Notes: generated by a model from the sequence alone, not told the origin. DNA of 43,950 bases from Candidatus Margulisiibacteriota bacterium (GCA_041645285.1 JBAZQH010000001.1:1-43950); one strand, 5' to 3'. Numbered from the stretch's first letter, positions 1-10,700 are shown. Made by a program: numbers and translations.

Positions 1-1
1 A

Positions 2-382
2 AAAGGGTGGGTGGCAATGGGAAAAACCTCTTTGCTGGTTTTAAATCCGCCTAAAATTATCAGCGCCAAAGTTGAACCGATGTCGGTCGTGGCGGACGGT
101 AAACACGAAATATTATTTAAAGTGCAGATTGAAGATCCGGAAGGCAAGTATGAAATCAAGCGTGTTTTTGCCAATCTCCAGGGATTGGGCGCCGGCAATG
201 TTACGTTATTTTCGGATGAAGGCGGCAATGGGGACGAGATCGCCGGGGATTTTGTGTATTCGGGTCGGGTTTTGATTCCGGCGGGCATTTCCCCCAAAAC
301 GGTCGAGGTTCCGGTTTATGCCGAAACCCATTCCGGCGCGGCGGATTTTTCCAAAGTCAAAATAAAAATAGTGGCAAAATAA
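2..382 (+). CDS. hypothetical protein, C-terminal part (ORF open to the left window edge)
   Basis: The frame is open from nt 2 with no upstream stop, so the GTG at 11 in the ORF track is probably internal. Stop TAA is at 380-382. The sequence is beta-rich with no motif I recognise. Confidence 0.5.
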   Translation, partial: KGWVAMGKTSLLVLNPPKIISAKVEPMSVVADGKHEILFKVQIEDPEGKYEIKRVFANLQGLGAGNVTLFSDEGGNGDEIAGDFVYSGRVLIPAGISPKTVEVPVYAETHSGAADFSKVKIKIVAK

Positions 383-389
383 TAAAAAT

Positions 390-3002
390 ATGTTGTCAAC
401 CTTAACCATTATCAGTATTTTTACCGAAATTTTTACGGCCGGTCTGCTGCTGGCAGCCGGGATCAGTTTTGTTCGCAAATTCTTCATGGAAAACTCCCGT
501 AAAGATCTTTATTTTGGTATAGTTTTTCTTTTGTTTTTCTGCAACGTTTCCCTGGCCGTGGTTTCGCAGATGATGTTCAACCTGGGGCGCAGCTTATCGG
601 AGTTGATTCTGGTCCATAAATCAATTTCGGCTGTGTCCACGCTGTGTGTGGTGGGGTTGTGGTTTTACCTGATTTCCAAGTTTAAATTTAACCAGATCAA
701 ATGGATCAAATACGTAACTTGGGCCATTGAGGCCCTGGCGGTCGTGGCCATCTGGCGCATTGTAATATCTTCCGTCAGTTTAATTTACCGGCAAGGCGTG
801 ATTGAGCCCCTGGTAGATTTTTCGCATCCGGTTCCGGTTAAGACCATGTGGATTTTGATCTGGCTCACGCTGGCAGCTGTTTCCGGCTGGCGCTTATTAT
901 CTTATAAACCATCCGGCAGAAAAAACCTTACCGTGATTTTGTCGCTTTCCGCTTTTTTGATTGTGGTGGCTTATTTTTGCACGGTTTTGTACTCAAATTT
1001 GGGGCAGTCCTATTATTTGCTGATATCATGGTTGATTACCCTGCTGGCGGTGGTGGGGTTGCTGCTGGCGGAAATGATTTCTCCGTTTGCCAAGATTGCG
1101 GCTTTTCCTTTGAGTTATTTCAGGACCCGCATACTGTTTAAGCTGATTTTGATTTTTGTGTTGTTGATTGTCATCCTTTTTGAGGCCACCACGTTAATTA
1201 TTATTGGCATCAGCAAACGTTCATTGATGGATGCTGTGGTTTTGTCGCACCGCACGGCGGCGGTGGATGTGGCCGATAAAATTAACGATTCTCTGTCTGC
1301 TGCGGTCCATGATTTGAAAATTATTGCCGGGGCTGCGGCGCTCTCTTCCGGCAGTGCGGGAGCCGCCCGCTCCCAGTTAAAGCTGCTGCTGGAGATCAAT
1401 CCACTGTTTGGCGGCCTGGCGGTGCTGTCCGCCGGCGGGCAAATGGAGATCAATTTAACCCAAGCTGATGTTAAGCTGTCGGCTGCGGAAATTAATGCTG
1501 CCGAAATGAAAACTGCCTTTGCCGCTGGGGCAGTATCTTTTGGGCCGGTCTTGAGGGAGCAGGACGGCTGGCCTTACTTTATGGTGGCGGTTCCAGCGGC
1601 GGCCTCCGGCCGGTCCGTGGTGGCAAAAATAAACCTGCGCTATGTGCAGGAAATGGTCAGTAAGATATCTTATCAGAAGCACGGCGTTGCTTATCTGGTT
1701 GACCGCAACGGAAAAATTTTGGTGCATCCGGATGAAGTGCGGGCCAAAAGCGCAGAGGACTTGAAAGCCAGCCCGGTAGTGCAACAGGTTTTGGCGGGAC
1801 AAACCGGGGGCGGGGAATTTTACAGCGAAAGTTTAGGAGAAGAGATGGTGGGGGCGTTTGCTCCGGTGAAGGCAGTGGGCTGGGGGGTGATTGTTGAGGA
1901 ACCGACCGCCCAGGCCTATTTTGAGATTCGGCGGGTAGAAACCAACTCATTGATGTTTGTGATTATCGGGATAGTGTTGACGGTAGTGGTGGGAGTATTT
2001 TTTGCCAAAAGCATGGAAAAGCCAATTATGGATTTGATTGCCGGGACGGATGCGGTCAGGCAGGGAAACCTGAATATCCGGATCGACGTTGATGCCATTG
2101 ATGAAGTTGGGACGCTGGCTTCGGCTTTTAATCTGATGACTAAAGAACTGCGGGAAAGTCAGGATCGCTTGATCCTGTCAGAAAAATTGGCTTCGCTGGG
2201 CACCATGGCGGCGGGCATGGCGCACGAAATTAAAAATCCTCTAGTTTCACTGCGGACATTTACCCAGTTACTGCAGCAAAAATGGGACGACGAAGAATAT
2301 CGCAAGAAATTTGTCCAAATTGTCCCGCACGAAATCGAGCGCATCAACAAAATTGCTGAAAGCTTGTTGAAATTTGGCAAACCCATGAAGCCCGAGTTGA
2401 CTAAAGTGGATGTCAATGCGCTGCTGGAAGATGTTTTGCTGCTTTTTGAGAGTGAAGCTAAGAAAAACAACGTGCGGATTACCACAAAATTTGCGGAATT
2501 GCCTCTGATTGTGGGCGACCAGGGTCAACTGTCCCAAGCATTGGTGAACATTGTCTTAAATGCCATCCAGGCCATGAAAAAAGGCGGCGAATTGACGGTC
2601 AAGACGGATGTAGGCGAAGTAATTCATCTGGGTAAAATGCTGGGAAATAAGGGCAAATTCAGGCGCGACGGCAATGTGGGAGAAATGACGTTTGGGGAGG
2701 AAGAAAGCGGCGCTCAGTCCGAAGTATTAAAACCAACCGGTGTCGTGTTTGTTGAAATATCAGATACCGGCGAAGGGATCCCAGCGGAAAACCTAAAAAG
2801 CTTATTTGACCCGTTTTTTACTACTAAGATGACCGGTACCGGCATGGGCCTGCCCATCACCCTGCGGATTATCGAAGAACATAAGGGTTCAATTAAGGTA
2901 CGCAGCCAGCTGGATGCGGGAACCACCTTTTTGATTACCCTGCCGCAAAATTTGGAGGAGCAGAAAGAGAAGCTGGAAGAGAAGATTGATAATATAGAAT
3001 AA
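390..3002 (+). CDS. sensor histidine kinase (multi-TM N-terminus, extracytoplasmic sensor region, HAMP, HisKA, HATPase_c)
   Basis: The first ~270 aa contain many hydrophobic helices, and a second TM (FVIIGIVLTVVVGVFFA) precedes a HAMP-like segment. Kinase motifs are present: H-box MAHEIKNPL, N-box NIVLNAIQAM, G1 DTGEGI, G2 GTGMGL. Confidence 0.9.
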   Translation: MLSTLTIISIFTEIFTAGLLLAAGISFVRKFFMENSRKDLYFGIVFLLFFCNVSLAVVSQMMFNLGRSLSELILVHKSISAVSTLCVVGLWFYLISKFKFNQIKWIKYVTWAIEALAVVAIWRIVISSVSLIYRQGVIEPLVDFSHPVPVKTMWILIWLTLAAVSGWRLLSYKPSGRKNLTVILSLSAFLIVVAYFCTVLYSNLGQSYYLLISWLITLLAVVGLLLAEMISPFAKIAAFPLSYFRTRILFKLILIFVLLIVILFEATTLIIIGISKRSLMDAVVLSHRTAAVDVADKINDSLSAAVHDLKIIAGAAALSSGSAGAARSQLKLLLEINPLFGGLAVLSAGGQMEINLTQADVKLSAAEINAAEMKTAFAAGAVSFGPVLREQDGWPYFMVAVPAAASGRSVVAKINLRYVQEMVSKISYQKHGVAYLVDRNGKILVHPDEVRAKSAEDLKASPVVQQVLAGQTGGGEFYSESLGEEMVGAFAPVKAVGWGVIVEEPTAQAYFEIRRVETNSLMFVIIGIVLTVVVGVFFAKSMEKPIMDLIAGTDAVRQGNLNIRIDVDAIDEVGTLASAFNLMTKELRESQDRLILSEKLASLGTMAAGMAHEIKNPLVSLRTFTQLLQQKWDDEEYRKKFVQIVPHEIERINKIAESLLKFGKPMKPELTKVDVNALLEDVLLLFESEAKKNNVRITTKFAELPLIVGDQGQLSQALVNIVLNAIQAMKKGGELTVKTDVGEVIHLGKMLGNKGKFRRDGNVGEMTFGEEESGAQSEVLKPTGVVFVEISDTGEGIPAENLKSLFDPFFTTKMTGTGMGLPITLRIIEEHKGSIKVRSQLDAGTTFLITLPQNLEEQKEKLEEKIDNIE

Positions 3003-3254
3003 TTATTTGTTTTTCTTGTAGTACCCCTGAAATCCGCGTTCAAAGGCCTCCAAGGCGCAATCCAGGTCTGATTTTTGGCTGATATAACCGGTGCTGAATT
3101 CACGGCCTTCATGAAAAGTAATATTCCCGCCGGTCACAATGACCTCTTTCCGGTCATCGGAAATCCAGACATTGGCCGGACAAAAAAATCCTGCCGGAGA
3201 CGACTTTGGATCGGATAAATTGTAAGCCGGATTATCTAGTTCAATGATTGGCAT
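3003..3254 (-). CDS. small hypothetical protein (83 aa)
   Basis: The ATG at 3254 (MPIIELD...) is preceded by a GGAAAGGAAAA SD-like run. The longer ORF to 3338 has no SD. No recognisable domain. Confidence 0.45.
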   Translation of the reverse strand: MPIIELDNPAYNLSDPKSSPAGFFCPANVWISDDRKEVIVTGGNITFHEGREFSTGYISQKSDLDCALEAFERGFQGYYKKNK

Positions 3255-3347
3255 GCTGGATTTTCCTTTCCCCGTTTTTAGCGGGTTTTTTGGGACCTTC
3301 CGTTGTATATATCGGGTTAAATGGGCAAAAACTTGCATGATTGGCGC

Positions 3348-3376
3348 TTGAATTTGGATGATTTGCGTAGTAAAGT
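3348..3376 (+). promoter_or_regulatory. candidate sigma70-type promoter (TTGAAT-17 nt-TAAAGT)
   Basis: -35 TTGAAT is at 3348-3353 and -10 TAAAGT at 3371-3376, about 50 nt upstream of the 3428 CDS. Motif match only. Confidence 0.3.
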
Positions 3377-3427
3377 ATAAATACGCTTGGCGTTGATTTT
3401 GTATGATTTTTTCCCCGAGGAGGAGAA

Positions 3428-3952
3428 ATGATGAAAAGGGTTTTTATATGGGTTTGTTTGGGAATTTTAGTTTTTTGCCTGGCGGGTGGGGTCGGAGCTG
3501 CTGCCAAGGTCCAAAAAACTCCCGTTCCGGCGAGTAAAGCAGTACCGGAGTCGTCAATAATATTCAAGCCGGAGCGCCTGGGCGAATATAGGTTATTTAC
3601 TGCGTACGGTGGCGGGGCGGTGGCGGTGGGTTTGGGATACCTTTTCCCGGTTGAACGGGACTATGATGTTATATTGGACGCGGCTTATTACCTTGGCAAC
3701 CAATATTCTATTTTGACGGCAAAACTGGCCGCGGATGTCAAAATTGGGCAAGACCTGTATACCGGATTGAGCCTGGGCTGGGTCAGCTACTCACAAACCA
3801 TTGCCGATATTCCCGGCCTTTCCGGCAATACTGCCAGCGGCAGCCATATTGATGCGGGCATATTTTTAGGCAAGGAAATACGAGAGTGGAGAGTGCAGGC
3901 GGGCTACGGGACGGCCATGGGGCTAACCGGTGAACTATCCTATAAATTTTAA
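3428..3952 (+). CDS. secreted small beta-barrel-like outer membrane protein
   Basis: SD GAGGAGGAG lies just upstream. There is an N-terminal signal peptide (VCLGILVFCLAGGVGAAA), Gly/Tyr-rich alternating segments, and a C-terminal ...ELSYKF aromatic terminus typical of OM beta-barrels. Confidence 0.6.
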   Translation: MMKRVFIWVCLGILVFCLAGGVGAAAKVQKTPVPASKAVPESSIIFKPERLGEYRLFTAYGGGAVAVGLGYLFPVERDYDVILDAAYYLGNQYSILTAKLAADVKIGQDLYTGLSLGWVSYSQTIADIPGLSGNTASGSHIDAGIFLGKEIREWRVQAGYGTAMGLTGELSYKF

Positions 3953-3992
3953 TTTCCTAAAAAGTTAAGCAACTAAAAAGCTAATTACAACC

Positions 3993-4916
3993 ATGCTAAA
4001 ACATTTTATTTCAATTCATGAACTGACGCTTGCCGAAATCGAAAAGATTTTTAATCTGGCCGCGCGGCTAAAGAAAAAACCCCGACAGAGCATCTTAAAG
4101 GGGAAATCCCTGGCGTTGATTTTCGAAAAACCTTCCACCCGCACGCGCGTGTCTTTTGAGGTTGGCATGTTTGAGCTGGGAGGCACCACCATTCATTTGT
4201 CTCCCAATGCCGTCCAACTGGGGGTGCGGGAGTCAGTGGCGGATGTGGCCCGGACCCTGTCGCGTTATGTCCAGGGAGTGATGCTGCGCACCTTTGACCA
4301 CCATGCCCTGATTGAATTTGCGCGCTATTCCAGTGTTCCGGTCATTAACGGGCTTTCAGATGTATCGCATCCCTGCCAGGGGTTAGCGGATGTGTTTACG
4401 GTAATGGAAAAGAAAGGTGCCGGGAGTTTGAAAAACTTGAAAAAAGTAAAAATGGCGTATATTGGCGACGGCAATAACGTGTGCCATAGTTTGATGTTGG
4501 CGGCGGCAAAGGTGGGGATGAATCTGTCCGTAGCTACTCCTCCCGGGTTTGAGCCCCGGCCGGAAATTACCCGCCTGGCGCAAGCGGATGCCCGCGGCAG
4601 CGGCGCCAAAATTGAAATTATGAATGACCCCAAAAAAGCGGTGGAAAAAGCCGATGTAATTTATACGGATGTATGGGCCTCAATGGGACAGGAGGAAGAA
4701 GCCGCCAGCCGAAAGATTAAGTTTGCGGCTTTTCAGGTAAACCGGCGCTTGGTTGGTTTGGCCAAACCGGATGCCATTATCATGCATTGCTTGCCGGCAC
4801 ACCGCGGTGAGGAAATTACGGACGAGGTGATTGACGGGCCGAATTCGGTGGTTTTTGACCAGGCCGAAAATCGCCTGCATGTTCAGAAGGCAATTTTGGC
4901 AATACTTTTGAGGTGA
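3993..4916 (+). CDS. argF: ornithine carbamoyltransferase
   Basis: Motifs seen are STRTRVSFE (carbamoyl-phosphate site), SHPCQGLAD, DVWASMG and MHCLPAHRGEE. The 307-aa length fits. Confidence 0.95.
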   Translation: MLKHFISIHELTLAEIEKIFNLAARLKKKPRQSILKGKSLALIFEKPSTRTRVSFEVGMFELGGTTIHLSPNAVQLGVRESVADVARTLSRYVQGVMLRTFDHHALIEFARYSSVPVINGLSDVSHPCQGLADVFTVMEKKGAGSLKNLKKVKMAYIGDGNNVCHSLMLAAAKVGMNLSVATPPGFEPRPEITRLAQADARGSGAKIEIMNDPKKAVEKADVIYTDVWASMGQEEEAASRKIKFAAFQVNRRLVGLAKPDAIIMHCLPAHRGEEITDEVIDGPNSVVFDQAENRLHVQKAILAILLR

Positions 4917-4919
4917 TTT

Positions 4920-6128
4920 ATGAAAAAAGTTAACAAAGTAGTCCTGGCATACTCCGGCGGCTTGGATACTTCCATTATTATTCCTTGGCTAAAAGAAAAT
5001 TACGGGTGTGAAGTGGTGGCGATGGTGGCGGACCTGGGGCAGGGAGAGGATCTGGCCGCAGCAAAAGCAAAAGCGCTAAAAACCGGGGCCAGCGCGGCCT
5101 ACGTTGAGGATTTGAAAGAGGTTTTTGCGCGCGATTACCTGATGCCCATGTTAAAATCCGGTGCAATTTACGAAGGTAGATATTATTTGGGAACCTCGAT
5201 TGCCCGTCCTTTGATTGCCAAACGGCAGGTTGAAATTGCCCGCCGGGAAAAAGCCGATGCAGTTTCGCACGGCGCAACCGGCAAAGGTAACGACCAGGTA
5301 AGGTTTGAGCTAACCTATAAGGCCTTGGCGCCAAATTTGCAAATTATTGCTCCCTGGCGGGAATGGGAAATCAAAAGCCGCAGTGATGCGGTGGAATATG
5401 CCAGGGCCCGGAGAATTCCAGTGCCGGTAACAAAAAAGAAACCCTATTCATCTGACCGCAACCTGTGGCATGTGAGCTACGAAGGCGGCGTTTTGGAAGA
5501 CCCGTGGAAAGAACCGGACGAATCGATGTTTGAGATGACGGTCTCTCCGGAAAAAGCGCCGAATAAGCCGCTCTACATTGACATTGATTTTGCAAAAGGG
5601 ATTCCGGTTAAGGTTAACGGCAAAAAAGGCCGCCCGTTGGATTTGGTCAATATTTTGAACCAGCTGGCCGGTGCACACGGGGTGGGTCGGGTGGATATGG
5701 TGGAAAACCGGCTGGTGGGAATTAAGTCACGCGGGGTGTACGAAACCCCCGGCGGCACGGTTTTGTGTCTGGCCCACCAGGACCTGGAATCCATTACGCT
5801 TGACCGTGACACGGCGCATTATAAACGGCTAGTGGCGGAAAAATTTGCCGAATTGATTTACAATGGCCAGTGGTTTTCTCCCCTGCGCGCGGCGCTGTCC
5901 GATTTTATCGATCGAACGCAGGCGGTGGTAACCGGTACGGTGCGGGTAAAATTGTTCAAAGGCGCGTGCGCCGTTTGCGGGCGCAAGTCCCCGGTATCTT
6001 TGTATAATCCGGACCTGGCCACTTTTGAAAAAGAAGAAATTTACAACCAGAAAGATGCTGAAGGGTTTATCAATCTTTTTGGTTTGCAGTTAAAAATGGG
6101 AGCAAAAATAAGAGGAGCAAAATTATGA
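4920..6128 (+). CDS. argG: argininosuccinate synthase
   Basis: N-terminal ATP-PPase motif AYSGGLDTS and later ...[13 protein letters not shown]... are present. The 402-aa length fits and the gene follows argF. Confidence 0.95.
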   Translation: MKKVNKVVLAYSGGLDTSIIIPWLKENYGCEVVAMVADLGQGEDLAAAKAKALKTGASAAYVEDLKEVFARDYLMPMLKSGAIYEGRYYLGTSIARPLIAKRQVEIARREKADAVSHGATGKGNDQVRFELTYKALAPNLQIIAPWREWEIKSRSDAVEYARARRIPVPVTKKKPYSSDRNLWHVSYEGGVLEDPWKEPDESMFEMTVSPEKAPNKPLYIDIDFAKGIPVKVNGKKGRPLDLVNILNQLAGAHGVGRVDMVENRLVGIKSRGVYETPGGTVLCLAHQDLESITLDRDTAHYKRLVAEKFAELIYNGQWFSPLRAALSDFIDRTQAVVTGTVRVKLFKGACAVCGRKSPVSLYNPDLATFEKEEIYNQKDAEGFINLFGLQLKMGAKIRGAKL

Positions 6129-7576
6129 ACGAAGAAAAAATCGTAAAAGAAAAAACCGCCAAAGAAAAAGCCGAAGACAAACTTTGGGGTGGAAGGTTCC
6201 GGGAGCCAATGAACAAATCGGCCGAGAAGTTTTCTGCTTCCATTAGTTTTGACCAGCGGCTTTACCGCCAGGATATTATGGGCAGCATTGCCTACGCGAA
6301 TGCGCTGGCAAAGGCGCACGTGATTACTCCCAAGGAATGCAAGCGTATTATCAAGGGGCTGCTGTCTATTTCCAAAGGCCTGGAATCCGGCCGGCTGAAG
6401 CTCAAGATCGAATACGAAGATGTGCACATGAATATCGAGAAAATGCTGACTGACCTGATAGGGGAAACCGGCAAAAAAATTCATACCGGCCGCAGCCGCA
6501 ACGACCAGGTAGCCACCGATTTAAGGTTATATTTAAAAGAAGAGATTGCGATGGTGGTTTCATTGCTCGAAAAGCTGCAGTCCACCGTCCTGGACCTGGC
6601 GGAAGAATACATCAAGGTGATTATGCCTGGTTACACGCATTTGCAGCGCGCCCAACCGGTATTGTTTTCGCATCACCTGATGGCTTATTTTGAAATGTTT
6701 GACCGCGACAAAGACCGGTTTTTGGGAATTTTTAAAAGGGTGGATGTTTTGCCGCTGGGTTCCGGGGCGCTGGCGGGAACCAATTTTAAAATTGACCGCA
6801 AATTTTTGGCCCAGGTTTTGGGCTTTGCGGAAATTTCAAAAAACAGTATCGATGCGGTTTCGGATCGTGATTTTGCGGTTGATTTTATCTACGCCGCGGC
6901 TTCCGTCATGCTGCATCTTTCTCGTTTTTGCACCGAATTGATTTTGTGGTCATCCTATGAATTTAATTTTGTGGAATTGTCGGACCGGTACACCACCGGC
7001 TCATCCATCATGCCGCAAAAGAAAAATCCGGATATTGCGGAGCTGATCCGCGGCAAGAGCAGCCGGGTTTTTGGCAACCTGGTTTCGATTTTGTCATTGA
7101 TGAAAGGATTGCCGCTGGCTTATAACCGCGACGCACAGGAAGATAAGGAACCGTTGTTTGATACCGTCGATACGCTCAAGGCCTCTTTGTCGATGATGGA
7201 TGAAATGCTGAAAACCTCGAAGTTTAACGCCACTGAAATGTTGGAAGCGGCGCGCAAGGGTTTTTTGACCGCAACCGACCTGGCGTTTTACCTGGTGGGC
7301 AAAAATGTGCCTTTCCGCAAGGCGCACGAGATTGTCGGCAAGATCATTAATTATTGCGAAGATTCCAATATGCAGCTGGATTACCTTTCGGTGGCCGAGC
7401 TAAAGAAATTTTCGGACAAAATCAGCTTTGACGTGCAAAAAATTCTCTCTACCGAATCCAGCGTTGAGATGAAAGATACCTTTGGCGGGACGGCGCCGGT
7501 GCAGGTTAAAGCCGCCATCAAAACTGCCCGCGCCAGTTTGTCTAAAGCCACCCGCATTGGGGGCCGCAAGCTTTGA
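6125..7576 (+). CDS. argH: argininosuccinate lyase
   Basis: Fumarate-lyase signature [12 protein letters not shown] and N-terminal LWGGRF are present. The start ATGA overlaps the argG stop. Confidence 0.95.
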   Translation: MNEEKIVKEKTAKEKAEDKLWGGRFREPMNKSAEKFSASISFDQRLYRQDIMGSIAYANALAKAHVITPKECKRIIKGLLSISKGLESGRLKLKIEYEDVHMNIEKMLTDLIGETGKKIHTGRSRNDQVATDLRLYLKEEIAMVVSLLEKLQSTVLDLAEEYIKVIMPGYTHLQRAQPVLFSHHLMAYFEMFDRDKDRFLGIFKRVDVLPLGSGALAGTNFKIDRKFLAQVLGFAEISKNSIDAVSDRDFAVDFIYAAASVMLHLSRFCTELILWSSYEFNFVELSDRYTTGSSIMPQKKNPDIAELIRGKSSRVFGNLVSILSLMKGLPLAYNRDAQEDKEPLFDTVDTLKASLSMMDEMLKTSKFNATEMLEAARKGFLTATDLAFYLVGKNVPFRKAHEIVGKIINYCEDSNMQLDYLSVAELKKFSDKISFDVQKILSTESSVEMKDTFGGTAPVQVKAAIKTARASLSKATRIGGRKL

Positions 7577-8010
7577 GTGAGCGCACTTTTTTCATGATAA
7601 AACCAGACGGGGTGGCGCGCGGCCTCATTGCAGATATAAAACAACGGGTTGTCTCTGCCGGCTATACATTGGTTGCAGAAAAAACTATCCAAATGGAAGC
7701 GGAACAAGCGAAAAAACTTTATGCGGTGCATAAAGGCCAGCCGTTTTACCCGGGGTTGGTGGCGTTTATTACTTCCGGCAAGGTTTTTGTTTCGGTGGTG
7801 GAAGGGGAGGGCGCCATCTTAGGAATCAGGAAATTAATGGGCGCCACTGATCCACGTAAAGCGCAGCCGGGCACCATCCGCGGGGACTTGAGAGAAGAAA
7901 ACGTGATTAGTGCATCCGGAACAATCAAAAACGTAGTGCACGGATCGGATTCCCCCGCATCCGCCAAACATGAAATCCCGATTTTTTTTGCCAAGGAGCT
8001 TGAGGTATGA
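7573..8010 (+). CDS. ndk: nucleoside diphosphate kinase
   Basis: Motifs ERTFFMIKPDG and active-site NVVHGSDS are present. The TTG start at 7573 overlaps the argH stop (TTGA); an alternative ATG is at 7594. Confidence 0.92.
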   Translation: MSERTFFMIKPDGVARGLIADIKQRVVSAGYTLVAEKTIQMEAEQAKKLYAVHKGQPFYPGLVAFITSGKVFVSVVEGEGAILGIRKLMGATDPRKAQPGTIRGDLREENVISASGTIKNVVHGSDSPASAKHEIPIFFAKELEV

Positions 8011-9515
8011 AAATTAAAGTAGAGAGGGCCTCGCTGACCGATGTGGCGTGCGATCTGCTGGTGGTTAATTTGTTTGAAGGAGTAAAAGTGCCCTCCGGCG
8101 CCGCGGCGGCGGTGGATAAAGTTTTGGACGGCGCCATTGTGCGGCTGATACAGGAAGGTGAAATCACAGGGAAAAAGGATACGGTTACTTTGATTCATAC
8201 TTTGGAGAAGATCCCGGCCAAAAGGGTAGCGGTGGTGGGGTTAGGCAAAGCGGAAAAATTTGATATGAACGTGGTGCGCGGAGCTGCGGTGGCGGTGATC
8301 GGCTTGGCCAAAAAGGTAAAAGCGGCCAAGGTCTGTTCCATTGCGCACGGTGGGGGCGGCGGGGGGCTGGAGGCGGAAATTTCGGCGCGCGCTACCGTGG
8401 AAGGAACGCTGATCGGCAATTATGCATATGCGGGCATTGGCAAGGTGGAAGAGGAGCCGCCGTTTGAAATCAAAGAATTTGTTTTGATTGACAGGGATAA
8501 AGACAAGCTTGACGATCTCAAAAAGGGGGCGGGGTTGGGGGAAGTTTTTGCCACGGCGGCCAATCGGGTTAAAGATTTGGTGAATGCGCCTTCCAATATA
8601 GTTACGCCCAGTTACCTGGCCGAATATGCAAAGGCACAATCCCGAGCGGCGGGAATCAAATGTGAAATCTATGACATGGCGGACATCAAAAAAATGGGGA
8701 TGGAAGCCCTGTGGAACGTGGCGCGCGGATCCGAAGAAAGAGAAAAACTGATTGTGATGCGGTTTGACGGAGGCAAAAAGGGAGATAAGGAACTTTTGGG
8801 TTTGGTGGGTAAAGGGGTTACGTTTGATTCCGGCGGGATCGACATAAAACCCGGCCGGCATATGTGGGAGATGAAGACCGATATGGCTGGGGCGGCGGCG
8901 GTGATTGAAATTATGCTGGCGGCGGCGAAATTAAAAATCCCAAAGAATCTGCTGGCGGTGGTGCCGGCAACCGAAAATATGCCGGACGGCAAGGCCTTGA
9001 AGCCCGGCGACATTATCGGCTCGCTTTCCGGAAAAACCATCGAGATCATCTCAACCGATGCGGAGGGGAGATTGATTTTGGCGGATGCCATTACTTATGC
9101 AAAAAAACGGGGAGCTACCCGGTTGATAGATATCGCAACCTTAACTGGTGGCTGCATTATTGCACTAGGGGATGCGGCTTCCGGTATCCTAGGGAATGAT
9201 CAGGGAATGGTTGACGGGATTGTGGCGGCTTCAAAAAAGAGCGGAGAAAAGGTCTGGCAGCTGCCGTTGTTTGAAGAATATGGTGAATATTTAAAAAGTG
9301 AAGTAGCTTATGTGCTTAACTGCACTGAAACCGGCATGGCTTCTCCTGTTATCGGCGGCATATTTATTCAAAAATTCGTAGAAGATACGCCGTGGGTACA
9401 TTTTGACATTGCCGGAACCGCATATTTACGGCAGCAGCGTGCCTATCTGCCGCAGGGTGCCACCGGGGTTCCGGTACGGACGATTTTGGAATATCTACTT
9501 GAAACAAAAAGCTAA
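8007..9515 (+). CDS. pepA: leucyl aminopeptidase (M17)
   Basis: Motifs VGKGVTFDSGG and STDAEGRLILAD (the NTDAEGRL signature region) are present. The 502-aa length fits and the ATGA start overlaps the ndk stop. Confidence 0.93.
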   Translation: MKIKVERASLTDVACDLLVVNLFEGVKVPSGAAAAVDKVLDGAIVRLIQEGEITGKKDTVTLIHTLEKIPAKRVAVVGLGKAEKFDMNVVRGAAVAVIGLAKKVKAAKVCSIAHGGGGGGLEAEISARATVEGTLIGNYAYAGIGKVEEEPPFEIKEFVLIDRDKDKLDDLKKGAGLGEVFATAANRVKDLVNAPSNIVTPSYLAEYAKAQSRAAGIKCEIYDMADIKKMGMEALWNVARGSEEREKLIVMRFDGGKKGDKELLGLVGKGVTFDSGGIDIKPGRHMWEMKTDMAGAAAVIEIMLAAAKLKIPKNLLAVVPATENMPDGKALKPGDIIGSLSGKTIEIISTDAEGRLILADAITYAKKRGATRLIDIATLTGGCIIALGDAASGILGNDQGMVDGIVAASKKSGEKVWQLPLFEEYGEYLKSEVAYVLNCTETGMASPVIGGIFIQKFVEDTPWVHFDIAGTAYLRQQRAYLPQGATGVPVRTILEYLLETKS

Positions 9516-9519
9516 AGCA

Positions 9520-10695
9520 ATGTCTAAAACAATTCTTCCTTTCACGCTCGGCCATATACGCCCTGCTAAGTCTTATGCCATTGCTTTATTAACTTTGTTT
9601 TTCGCATTATTTTTTACTTTTTCAGCACAAGCTGAAGATTTTATCGAAACCGCCCGTATCCAGATTACGAATGAACGGGGCGGGGCAATTACCGTTAGTC
9701 ATGATAAAGGAAAAACCTGGAATAAAATCGGGCAGGTTCTGGCTCCGGCGCAAAAAGTTAATAATCAGGGATTTACCGCCAGCAAATGGGTGCAGGATCG
9801 GGAAGTTGCCGCTGTAGCGGTAAACGCCATCCATATCAAATGCGGCTATAACAAAAAAGACGATCGCGGGATTGTTTTTTCGATTTTGCCAAAGGAATTT
9901 TCGGCTGTGCCGGATGATTATAATTCGTTTTACAGCCCCAGTTCTTCCATTTTAACCGATATCCCGGCGGGAAAGCTTATCTTCGGGGAAAAAGACGCTC
10001 CGTATGTAGGGAATCAGGTCCAGCAGTTTGATGCGGGAGGCGCCGCCCGGACGGATAACCTTTCTCCTGTCCTTGGTTCAAAATACCTGATTATTGTAGA
10101 GCAACCCCAAAAATATCCGCGGGCCATTACGTTTGAAAATCGTTTCGGCGGCAAAATTGTCCTGGTTGATCACGACGGCAGCCAAAAAATAATCGGGCAG
10201 GTACTGCGGCCGGTTATAGGGGTGGGGAGGTTTCCCGGCACCAAATATGCGGAAGTAGGGCGCATCCGCGCCAATCACGCGGCGGTGATAGACGTTTCAA
10301 CTTCGCGTCTTAACAAAATCGGCGGGTTCCAAATTATACCGGCGCAACACGGCATGGACGCAGAAATGGTTTCGGCCCGCACTAAGACCCAGTGGATGGT
10401 GGTGGGTCCGCCTGCGGTCATCGATCCGGCACTGGAAGGGGTTGCCCCGCTGTTTAAGTATTTTATCCAGCCGGCTTATACCCGGAGTGATTTGTCCGAA
10501 AAAAACTGGCGGGAGATATTATTGTCGCGCTTTTTGGTAGAAGTTAAGCTGAAGGATAAGGGTAAGGATCAGGGAAAAGGAAAATGGGAAGCTATGCCCT
10601 TAGTTGAAGTTGATCCGGATCAGCCGCTGCCGCCATCGGCGGACAAAGCGCTGGAAAAGATAACGGACATGAGAATTTTGTTCCCGGTGAGGTAG
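9520..10695 (+). CDS. hypothetical exported protein
   Basis: The ATG at 9520 (MSKTILPF...) lies 5 nt after the pepA stop and is followed by a hydrophobic signal/anchor (YAIALLTLFFALFFTFSAQA). The ORF-track start 9403 would overlap pepA by 113 nt. No recognised domain; there is a KDKGKDQGKGK low-complexity patch near the C-terminus. Confidence 0.65.
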   Translation: MSKTILPFTLGHIRPAKSYAIALLTLFFALFFTFSAQAEDFIETARIQITNERGGAITVSHDKGKTWNKIGQVLAPAQKVNNQGFTASKWVQDREVAAVAVNAIHIKCGYNKKDDRGIVFSILPKEFSAVPDDYNSFYSPSSSILTDIPAGKLIFGEKDAPYVGNQVQQFDAGGAARTDNLSPVLGSKYLIIVEQPQKYPRAITFENRFGGKIVLVDHDGSQKIIGQVLRPVIGVGRFPGTKYAEVGRIRANHAAVIDVSTSRLNKIGGFQIIPAQHGMDAEMVSARTKTQWMVVGPPAVIDPALEGVAPLFKYFIQPAYTRSDLSEKNWREILLSRFLVEVKLKDKGKDQGKGKWEAMPLVEVDPDQPLPPSADKALEKITDMRILFPVR

Positions 10696-10700
10696 CTCTA

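Noticed and set aside
8241-8861. 206-aa ORF on the - strand
   Set aside because: It lies entirely antisense to the well-supported pepA gene. The composition is Arg/Phe/His-rich and typical of an antisense frame, and there is no SD.
9403-9519. N-terminal extension of the 9403-10695 ORF
   Set aside because: It would overlap pepA by 113 nt. The ATG at 9520 gives a normal signal-anchor N-terminus directly after the pepA stop.
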